A stretch of DNA of 63,697 nt, the filler included, from Chrysochromulina tobinii (Eukaryota), in assembly GCA_001275005.1 (NCBI GenBank). It is 7 parts of 7 records of this genome, joined end to end, with 100 filler letters (N's around TTAATTAATTAA, not from the genome) between each part and the next. Parts side by side here need not be neighbours in the genome. Positions count along the whole stretch, not along the records: positions 52,899 to 55,321 come from JWZX01000979.1; positions 55,422 to 59,101 come from JWZX01000980.1; positions 59,202 to 63,697 come from JWZX01000981.1; 4 more parts are not named here. One strand, written 5' to 3'. The notes under the pieces were generated by a model. That model worked only from the letters and a program-made list of their open reading frames with translations. It searched no databases and was not told the origin of the DNA. Below, piece after piece: positions 52,992-61,944 of this stretch. The number at the start of each line of letters is the position of its first letter. Position 1 is the first letter of the stretch. The translations under genes were made by a program, and so were the position numbers.

Positions 52992-55076
52992 TCACGGAAG
53001 CTCGATTCGAGCTGTCGCACAAATGGCATAATGAGCTGGTCTGGCGGGACCATCGGCGCTTGATCTGGAACCGTGGGCCTGTTCATGAGCTGTTCGAAAA
53101 GGATTGAATTCGCCTTGTAGGTTGTGTGATTTTCCCTGCAAACGAAGACAAGGGGCGATAATTGATGAGCGACAGGCGAGGAAGGGGGTGGGGGCGAGGG
53201 CTGAGGCGGCTGCCCGCGAATCGTACAGCTGCTCCCTGTAAGAATCGATGAGGCTCTGCTGGCTGCTAGATCGGATCTCGGCGGTGCGTAGCGCGATGGT
53301 CGTCTGTTCCTTGTATACTCGAAATTCCGAAGCGACGTCGTCCTTGGCGTTGATCGCACGCTGGTAGGCTGCCTTGTACTCCGCAGCCTCGGTGGCAAGT
53401 TCTTGGTAGCGTTGGCGCTCATCGGCAAGTGCCTGTTCAAATAAGGCTGGTTCCGTCGCTCCTATTCCGGCTCCTTGATCGCGCCCAACTGCACGGGCTG
53501 TCTGGGCATCCATGATTGCTTGACGAAGCTGCGCCTCGAGGTTCTGTGCGAGCGACTTGAACCTGAGTTTGTGCTCCTTCTGGGTGTTGAACTGTTTCAT
53601 CAGGTCCTCGCACTGCTTCTCCAGCTGGGAGATGCGCTCTTGGAGCTCGGCGTTACCCATGATGGACGCACTGGCAAGCGTCCCGTCGATCGTGGAGTCC
53701 ACGACCGAGCCGAGAAGGGACTCCTGCGCCAGTCGGGTAGGAGCCAGACCACCCATCTCGGCTGCGCCGTTGAGCAGGCGCCGATACCAACGCTCTTCAC
53801 GCAGAGGCAGCGCCGCCTCGACGCACGTGCGCTTCAGAGACGCCCTGGATTCAGATGACAATCCGATCGTCGAGATTGGAAGCGCCGGCACTCTGCCCCC
53901 GCTTGGAGGCATGACGTCGTGCTCTTCATCAAGATCCATCGGAGCACCGGAAGCACCGATGAGACCCGGAGGCTTTGGATATTGGCGGCGGAGTCGACTG
54001 TACAGGTCCGCCAGCGTAGCTCGCAGTTCGCCGCTGATCTCCTCTGTGGGCGGAAGTAGCTCATTCTTTGCCGCACTCCGGCCATCTCGGCAGTGAAGAA
54101 GGCCAGTATCAGCATCGAGCTGCATGGCTGGCACACCCTTGGCGAGGGCCGGCCCTTCGCCTGTGGCCCCGTCCACGGGAAGCGTCCTCGCCCGGTACGT
54201 CGAAAAAAAGAGCTTCGCCTTCTCGCAGAGGAGAGTCGCCATCTGCCACTCAGTCAGGACTGCGGTCCCGGGCATGTCGTGCGTGAGAAGAGCCGATGGC
54301 CAATCGGCCCCCAGTGGTACGCCGCCCCATTCCAGGCCGCCTCGGCGGGCGGATCCGCACGTCACGCTCGTGAGCACAGCTGTGACGAAGTCCGGGCTCA
54401 GCTTCTCGAGGTCATGTATGAATCCCAGGGTGCATCTCCCTGGGATCGTACTGATCGACCCATCGGCCAGGTTACCGGCATAGAGTGTCACCGGGTGCCT
54501 AGGGGTCGGCGCGGTTCGCGCCGATGCAAACCAGAGAATGGGCGCATCGCCCGGCATAGCCTGCAGCAGAGGGCCGTAAATGGGCATCACCGGCCGAGCA
54601 ACGGGATCAAAATTGCTTGGACGATCCGCGCTGCCTCCCTCATCGTGTAGAAACGCCTCTGCACAAATAAGACCCGGCTCGTCTTTGGGACGTCCGGCGG
54701 GGTTGGCCGATCCGAGCACGGCTTCTAGCACGGCCATTGGAATGCCCAGAGAGGGCGCCACCACCTCGTAAAGAAACCTTGCGTGCAGGCGTGAGAAGAG
54801 CACGCCCGTGTGGCGTCTCGCATCTTGCTGTTTCGTCCCACCGCCGCCCTCGCCGCCCCTTCCTTCGCACGGTTCGGACCGAACGACGATCCGGCGTAGC
54901 ACCGTGACACAGATGAAAAGTGCCACGTTAGCAGCCTGGATGACGCAGCGGGCCGCCGCCACCTGCCGCTTCTCCTCCGCCTCGGCCGACGCGCAACGCG
55001 CGACGCTTGGCACGAAGGGGGAGTTCATCGGCGGGGCACGGCGCGGCGGGACGGGGCTATGCTCGTCCTCCTCCAT
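52992..55076 (-). CDS. Hypothetical protein with C-terminal coiled coil (probably continues after an intron to the contig end)
   Basis: 694-aa ORF; heptad-rich LQERISQLEKQCEDL...; pyrimidine tract ending tttgcag near 53137, followed by further coiled-coil coding in another frame. Confidence 0.55.
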   Translation of the reverse strand: MEEDEHSPVPPRRAPPMNSPFVPSVARCASAEAEEKRQVAAARCVIQAANVALFICVTVLRRIVVRSEPCEGRGGEGGGGTKQQDARRHTGVLFSRLHARFLYEVVAPSLGIPMAVLEAVLGSANPAGRPKDEPGLICAEAFLHDEGGSADRPSNFDPVARPVMPIYGPLLQAMPGDAPILWFASARTAPTPRHPVTLYAGNLADGSISTIPGRCTLGFIHDLEKLSPDFVTAVLTSVTCGSARRGGLEWGGVPLGADWPSALLTHDMPGTAVLTEWQMATLLCEKAKLFFSTYRARTLPVDGATGEGPALAKGVPAMQLDADTGLLHCRDGRSAAKNELLPPTEEISGELRATLADLYSRLRRQYPKPPGLIGASGAPMDLDEEHDVMPPSGGRVPALPISTIGLSSESRASLKRTCVEAALPLREERWYRRLLNGAAEMGGLAPTRLAQESLLGSVVDSTIDGTLASASIMGNAELQERISQLEKQCEDLMKQFNTQKEHKLRFKSLAQNLEAQLRQAIMDAQTARAVGRDQGAGIGATEPALFEQALADERQRYQELATEAAEYKAAYQRAINAKDDVASEFRVYKEQTTIALRTAEIRSSSQQSLIDSYREQLYDSRAAASALAPTPFLACRSSIIAPCLRLQGKSHNLQGEFNPFRTAHEQAHGSRSSADGPARPAHYAICATARIELP

Positions 55077-55321
55077 CGTTTGCTCCCTGATGCGCTAGAC
55101 TGATGCGATGCGAAAAGCGAAAGTGAAGGACGAAACGTCAAACGAGAAACCAAACATAACGGACGGCGGTAAATAGGACTTGAATACATGCTAGTCGAGT
55201 TACCCCCTTTTCCACCGCCGGAGCATCGGATTCACCTCGACGTGATATACGGCTCGGCGGCAGCTGCCTCCTACGTGCAAACGCGGCTTATGTGTGAGCG
55301 CGCGCTGCAGCCGTGCAGACT

Positions 55322-55421
55322 NNNNNNNNNNNNNNNNNNNNNNNNNNNNNNNNNNNNNNNNNNNNTTAATTAATTAANNNNNNNNNNNNNNNNNNNNNNN
55401 NNNNNNNNNNNNNNNNNNNNN
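55322..55421. other. Artificial contig spacer
   Basis: N-run + TTAATTAATTAA + N-run. Confidence 0.99.
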
Positions 55422-55564
55422 CTGCTCATGCTCTCGGCAATCAATAAGATCAAGCCGGTCGAACTCTTTGCAAGGATGATCTCAGTGAGCTGCCTTGATG
55501 GCCTCCCTCATCAGCTGCCTTGATGGCCTCCCTCATCAGCTGCCTTGATGGCCTCCCTCCTCAG

Positions 55565-58500
55565 GTGAGCGGCGGGGTGAACGGCAGGGTGAACGCGAGG
55601 GCGAAGGCTCGAGCTCCGACATGGCGTACGTGATGCCTACGCTGCTCATCGCACTCAAAGGCCTCCTCAAACTCCTCTTGGCCAGTGGTGAGCGAGGGCA
55701 GCGATTCCAAGCCGAGGCGGAGGAGTGCGGTACGCTGATTGCCTCCGATGTCATATGAGTGCCTCTGATGACCTCTGATTCCAAGCCGAGGCGGAGGGGT
55801 GCGGTACGCGAGCTGTTCGCCTCTCATGACCTCTACTTGCCTCTTATTTGGCCTCTATGACCTCTAATGACCTCCCTCATCAGGGCTGCCCACGCGCATT
55901 CTGAAGGCGATCGATCTTGCCGGGCGCTCCGGCGGGCTTGTGGCCGATGGCGTCGGTGAGAAGGTGTATCATTTGGCGACGGAACTCCACGTGAAGCACT
56001 TCACCCCGGTCAGCGGTGACATGGTGCTCGTCACGGCGCTCGGACCGACCTACACGGCCCTCTGATGACCTTTGATGACCTTTGATGACCTCTGATGACC
56101 TCAGATGACATCTGATGACCCCTCGCGATGGCTCCCCTCATCAGGTGCTCGTCGAGGCACTCGACGTCGTCAATGCGCGCCTAGCCGCCGCACGGCTGCA
56201 AAAGGAGCAGCAGGCGGCGGAGCGGGCGGCCGAGGCAGCCGCCTCTGCCGAGCCCCGTGCGGCCGTCGATGAGCTCGATTCTCTCCTCATGGAGCGCACG
56301 CCCGCAGCCGCTAAGAATGCGTCTGCACCGATGCCACCTGCGTCGTAGTCGTCATTGGCGGCGGCGAGGTCGGCGGCGGCGGCATCGGCGGGGCGGGGGC
56401 GGAGGCCACCGCCCCTCCCGCCTCGACCTCTGACGTCCGGCCCCCCTTGGTGGTTACGCCGTCATCCGAGGGTGAGGCACAGCCGTTGCCTCGAGCAGCC
56501 CGCGCGCGCGCCATGCGCCCCCATGCGCCCATTGATTTGAGAGGGCGCGACTGCTGCCGCCCATCGCGTTGCGCGCCATGTACACCGCTCTCGAGGCCTC
56601 GTTTGGTGCGGACGCGACGTCTCGGATCGACGACAAGTTCAAGAGCGCCGACCCGCAGCTGCGCCAGGGCGTGTGCCATCTACTGCGCAAGGAGTACCAG
56701 AAGGCGTACGTCTGATTGCCTCTGATTGCCTCTAATTGCCGCGGAGGATCTTCTGATTGCCGCCGTGTACCATGCCATGACCCTTTTGATTGCCTCCCTC
56801 ATCAGGTACAAGCTCTGCGACCAAACGGAGGACCCGCGCGACCAGATCTACTCCGCACTCTCGCAGCTCAATGAGGTACCTTGATTGCCACTGATGAGCT
56901 CTGATGAGCTCTGATGACGATCGATGAGCTGTGATGACGCCTGATGACGCCTGATGGCCTCCTTCCTCAGGGCTGGGACCCAGTCGAGCCGCGTCGACGC
57001 ATCGAGGTGTACCTGCGCATCTTCTCGAGACGCCGCTCTAGATGCCGCAGGCCGCCTTCCACCCCGTCGTACTACCTCGCGCACAAGCTGCTCAAGCCCG
57101 CCAAGGAGCACCGACTGCGTGCATCGCTGTACCTGCGCACGTTCGCCCTCTTCGAGGCAGAGGCGGCGATCTGGCTCGACCCAAATAAGGATACGGTCGA
57201 GAAGCTGATGGAGAACGACGACGACGATCCGCTCGAATCGGCATCCGCGTCGCTGACGAAGGCGCAGTGGGAGCGGTACGTCTGATGGCCTCTGATGGCC
57301 TCTGATGGCCTCTGAGGATGGCTGATTGCCTCCCTCAGAAGGTACAAGCTCAAGCACCCCGAGATTAAGTCGAGCGCGATGGACAAGTTGATGGCGATGG
57401 TTGGCCTCGAGCGCATCAAGCGCGACGCGCTCAACGTCGCGTACTCCGTCGAGCTTGCAAGCCTGAAGCCGGTGGACGCTACCGCCGACGTGAACCGCCA
57501 CTTCGTCTTCATCGGCAACCCGGGCACGTCTGATGGCCTCTGATTGCCCTTGATGGCCTCTAATGATGGCCCCTGGTGGCCTCTCTGATTGCCTCTAATG
57601 ACGGCGGATGGCCTCATTTATCAGGTGATTGCCCCAGATGGCCTCTAATGACGCCTCTAATGACGCCAGACGGCCTCTATCATCAGGTACGGGCAAGACG
57701 GAGGTGTCGCGCCTGATGGCCAAGATCCTGCACGACTTCAAGCTGCGCTCGAGCTCCGAAATACGGAACACCACCGGCTGTAATCTGCTCACGGGACGGC
57801 GCGGACGAGTTCAAGAAGATGCTCGAGGAGGTCGACGGCGGCGTGCTCTTCATTGACGAGGTGTACCAGCTCGACCCGAAGAACAACAAGGACGGCGCCG
57901 ACATCATGAACCTGCTGCACACCTTTGCGGAGGATAAGCGTGGTGAGCGCTCGGTTGTGCTTGCGGGCTACCGTGATGAAGTCGAGACGTTACTCTCGTT
58001 CAACCCGGGGCTCGCGTCGCGCTCCCCAAACACGTGAGTGCGCCTCTGAGTGCATGCACGTGCTCACCACGGCGCCACCAAGCACGTGAGTGCGCCTCTG
58101 ATTGCATGCTACCTGCCAGCTGATTGCCACTGATGACCTCCGATTACGCCCCTCGTCAGGTGGGTCTTCGAGGACTATCTCGAGCCCGAGCTGCGCTCCA
58201 TCTATCACAAGATGATGAGCGACCGCAAGATGGTCGTCGAGTCGGCAAGCTCTTTTGGCGTGAACGCGACAACCTGATTGCATGCTGCGTGCATCGCTGA
58301 GTGTGCATCGCTGAAAAAGTGCATGCTGATTGCCCCCCTCATCAGGCAAGCCCGTCGGTCGCGTCGATCGTCGCCTCACGCCTCGCCTACGGTGTGGGGC
58401 AGCGCGGCTTTGGCAACGCGCGCGCGGTGCGCCGCCGCCAGATCCTCAACCTCTGATGACCTCTGATGACGCCTCTTGATTGCACCCCTTGATTGCACCC

Positions 58501-58880
58501 CTTGATTGCCACCAGATTCTCAACCTCGTAATGCTGCGTGGCTGAGTGCATGCTGATTGGCTGCCTCATCAGGTGCGCAATCAGATCGAGCAAGCTATCA
58601 AGCGACAAGAGGAGCGCCTCTCGATGCTCATCGACGGAGGCGAGACGCCGAGCGCTGAGAGATGGCGACGACCATCTCGCGGGAGGATGCGCTGGTACGG
58701 AGGCCACTGATGAGCAATGATGATCTCACTGATGAGCACTGATGATCCCATTGATGAGCAATGATGATCCCATTGATGAGCGCTGATGATCCCACTGATG
58801 AGCACTCTGATGACGCCTCTTGATTGCGCCCCTCATCTGGGTGCCAAGCCGGTGCTCGACAACTCGCCTGAGCTCAAGTG
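55565..58880 (+). CDS. Internal part of a multi-exon gene with a CbbX/CfxQ/SpoVK-type AAA+ ATPase domain; several frameshifts
   Basis: Inferred introns 55730-55883, 56024-56144, 56706-56805, 56876-56970, 57276-57341, 57524-57686, 58034-58159, 58260-58345, 58427-58572. Spliced motifs AMDKLMAMVGLERIK, HFVFIGNPG|TGKT, GGVLFIDEVYQL, VVLAGY, NPGLASR, FEDY and GFGNARAVRN. Confidence 0.8.
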
Positions 58881-58884
58881 GTCG

Positions 58885-59101
58885 CGCCGCCCTCGCCGCC
58901 GCCGTCCTCGCCACCGCCGCCCTCGCCGCCACTGTCCTCACCGCCGTCGCCATCACCGCCGTCGCCCTTGCCGCCGCCCAGTCCACCACCGCCATCGCCA
59001 ACACTCTCGGCACCGCCGCCCTCGCCGCCGCCCAGGCCGCCAACGCCCTCGCCGCCGCCATCCTCGCCGCCGCCCAGGCCGCCAACGCCCTCGCCGCCGC
59101 C
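58885..59101 (+). repeat. (SPPP)n coding-type low-complexity repeat
   Basis: ccgccctcgccgccg units reading PPSPPPSSPPPP, abutting the AAA gene. Confidence 0.8.
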
Positions 59102-59201
59102 NNNNNNNNNNNNNNNNNNNNNNNNNNNNNNNNNNNNNNNNNNNNTTAATTAATTAANNNNNNNNNNNNNNNNNNNNNNNNNNNNNNNNNNNNNNNNNNN
59201 N
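59102..59201. other. Artificial contig spacer
   Basis: N-run + TTAATTAATTAA + N-run. Confidence 0.99.
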
Positions 59202-59289
59202 TCTGGGTATGCAGCCTGTGGGGAAACGGCCTGTTTGGGCGGTGAGTGCCCTTTCCTAATTTGGTTGGGAGTGTCCTGTTTGGGCGGTG
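59202..59289 (+). repeat. 88-nt terminal direct repeat, left copy (identical to 63610-63697)
   Basis: tctgggtatgcagcc...cctgtttgggcggtg at both ends of the last contig. Confidence 0.97.
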
Positions 59290-59685
59290 GTTGCATGCCC
59301 AGCGAGGCGGCTCCGCAGAAGCATCCCGCCAAGGACGGTGGGCCCATGGCTGGGGCTGGGGCTGGTGAGTGCCCTTGCCTTATTTGGTTGGGACCGTCTG
59401 ACAGGGCAGCCTCAGGATAGCCTCAGGCATTTCCTTCGGACGCCCCCCCCTCGACCATAGCGAGACCCACGAGTAAGGGCGAGAGTTTAGAAGAAGGAGA
59501 TGCCTGGTCACGGATGTGCGGGGTGTGTGTTGCTGGTGGGGCACGTCGTGTGGAACTATCGGCACCTCTACACCTTGGGGGGGGAGCTCGGAAATCTGCA
59601 CCTTCGGGGGGAGTTCTCGAAGCGCAATGTCGCGCTATGGGTTCGCTCAGTCATTAGCGTCATTGTTCCGCGGAGAGGCGACAAC

Positions 59686-60568
59686 ATGGTGGAGTTAGCA
59701 TCAACAGCACCAGCTCCGCCTTCGATGGATCGCGCTGGCGACAGCGCTAAGGCGCTTGGAGCATACGAGTCGCTGCTCGTCGTTCAGACCAGGAAGGGCG
59801 TCCTTCGGGAGCTTTTGGGTAGTGAGACCACAAACGAATTCAAGATCTATCCGAGCAAGGAGCAGGTGCGCTGCACAAATCCCGATTCCGCTGCACCACC
59901 TGCCATCACCTGCCAATATATCCTGTTGATGTTGGTTCACTGGGCCCGTACTGCGCTTCGCGCAGTCCAATGAAGCGCAGTCCAATGGAGACTCCATCTT
60001 CTACTCGCTGGAGGAGAGCACCTTTTGGAGCCGCTTCTTCGACAAGAATCAGCGGGCATTCACGCAAACTGTGTGGAAAGGCACCAAGGACCAGCGCGAA
60101 TCGGTCATCATGACGATGAAGAAGGAGAAGACGTGTCCGGTGGCACCGTGCCAGGGTTGCTGCATCCCAGCCATCTCGTACTTTGCTGCGGACGGCAGCC
60201 CCATGGGCAGCGCCAGCGTGCCGTTTTTTTTCTTCCTGCCCTCGATCTCAGTTAAGGACCCTTCGGGGAATGATGAGTATGCCATTCAGATGCCATCGTG
60301 CTGCGGCGGCGTGTGCGTCGATGAGAGCGCCGAGGGCCACTGCAGCAAGAAGATCCCGTTCTACATCTACCCGCCCGGCAAGGGCGCCAAGGGCGAGGAG
60401 ATCGGCAAGATCATCAAGCTGTGGCGTGGCTTTTGGACCGAAACTTTCACGGATGCCGACTCGTTCCAAATTGAATTCCCCAAGGGCATCGACGAGACCG
60501 CCAAGGCGCGCGTGCTGGGCTCCGTGTTCTTCATCAACATGCTCTTCTTTGAGAAGGCTAACGATTAA
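59686..60568 (+). CDS. Phospholipid scramblase family protein; intron 59866-59965 or 59866-59980
   Basis: LLVVQTRKG..ELLGSETTNEFKI|...YSLEESTFWSR...RAF; Cys-rich PCQGCC; IGKIIKLWRGFWTETFTDADSFQIEFPKGIDETAKARVLGSVFFINMLFFE. Confidence 0.9.
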
Positions 60569-60797
60569 CGAAGGTCAGGGCGTGTAAGAAGAGCCAAGAG
60601 CGCATCTGAGCAGGATGAGATGCCCCCCATCTGCGTATGATTCCCAGGCGCAGCGACGCTGTCAGACGAGACCCTGGCTCGGCCAGGAGGGAGCGTTCCG
60701 TGAGTTAAGTCCCCGAGAGTTGGGACACTCACGTGTCGAGGAGAATGGGCCTTCCCCCGTGTCAGTCGAGTCGTGTACATGCGAGTATGTATACAGG

Positions 60798-60832
60798 TAA
60801 GTTCAAGTTCAAGTTCAAGTTCAAGTTCAAGT
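60798..60832. repeat. (AAGTTC)n microsatellite
   Basis: aagttcaagttcaagttcaagttcaagttcaagt. Confidence 0.9.
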
Positions 60833-61246
60833 AACGGATTGAGCCTCGACGCCGACACGTTCAGACGCTCGTCGCTCTACATACACTACAATTTTTAGTC
60901 TCGCTACGCGCCCCGCTCGCCGGCGCGTGTTGGAGGGCACTTGCGGGGGACAAGAACTCGTGGCAACTTTCAGTGGACAGCGCATGAACAGCCACATGGA
61001 CCCGGCATGCAAAGTGGACGTCTCTCGATGTCGGTCTGCACACTGCATGAGCATGGGAAATTACTTGGAAGGAAAGGTGAACTGTAAGTTTTCGACAGAC
61101 GACACAAAGTTTTAGGAGCATCTGTGCGCTTCCTCTGCTCATATCTCCGACGCGTTGTGCACCGTGTAGGAGGACGCGTGGTTCACGCTGTGTCTGTTTA
61201 TCTGGCAGCCAACGGCCGTGCACGCCCCGTGCGCCCGCCTACGATC

Positions 61247-61810
61247 CTACAACTTCGGCTGGAAGAAGCCCTTGAACTCGTGTGGCGTGCGGCTCTTGTC
61301 ATAGTGCGGCGCGGCGAGGACCTGGTTCTTGACTTTGACGAGGTCCGGGTCCGTCTCCATCGAGCCCAGGAACGTTTTCATGTCCTCCAAATCGTGGAAA
61401 ATGTAGCGCGCGGCGAGCCAGCCCTGGCCGGGGCAGAAGGACACCTCGAGGTCCTTGACGCCCGGCTTGCTGCGGACCGTCTTCGCGATGCCCGACTTGT
61501 CAAACCACTCGGTGACCTCGGCCATCTTGGTCTTGTCAAAGGGGTACTGGATAAACCTGCGCGGGCGCGCACATCATCCAGACTTGCGCTGTGAGGCCTT
61601 GCAGAGTCGCGCAGCCGCCCGCCAGAAAGGCACCACCTCTCGGCAAATGGTCACGGCAGTTCCGCCTTCGCGGCCGGTAGCTGCGAGGCGGCGGCTGCAA
61701 CGCATCGGGAAGCTACGCATCGGGAAGCTCGCTCACCGGGTCATCGGACGGGCATCTTTCGACATGCCCCGGGTGAGCTTGGGCATCATGGTCAGCGCGC
61801 GACGCAGCAT
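61247..61810 (-). CDS. Small hypothetical protein with mitochondrial-type presequence; intron 61736-61557
   Basis: MLRRALTMMPKLTRGMSKDARPMTR|FIQYPFDKTKMAEV...FFQPKL*; a GT-AG intron keeps the frame. Confidence 0.7.
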
Positions 61811-61944
61811 TTTCTTGCGCACGTCGGGGAAAAGCGAGCGGCTCGTTGACTGAACGATGATTCGATTTGAGTTGATTCACGAAAAAACACGCTCCAGAGA
61901 GACGCCTCGTCACAGAAACCCTCGAACTCGTGAGCGGGACAGGC

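Noticed and set aside
18639..58660. Programmed frameshifting or recoding at about 18640, 24190, 34340, 56313, 57794 and 58660
   Set aside because: The breaks I could localise fall in homopolymer or short-repeat runs with no common slippery signal; sequencing error or pseudogenisation is simpler.
58880..59101. Real fusion of the AAA ATPase to an extensin-like SPPP domain
   Set aside because: Abrupt switch into low-complexity sequence at a contig end; likely a misjoin.
11268..59201. TTAATTAATTAA motifs within N-runs as a biological signal
   Set aside because: Six identical 100-nt linkers are concatenation spacers, so gene neighbourhood across them is meaningless.
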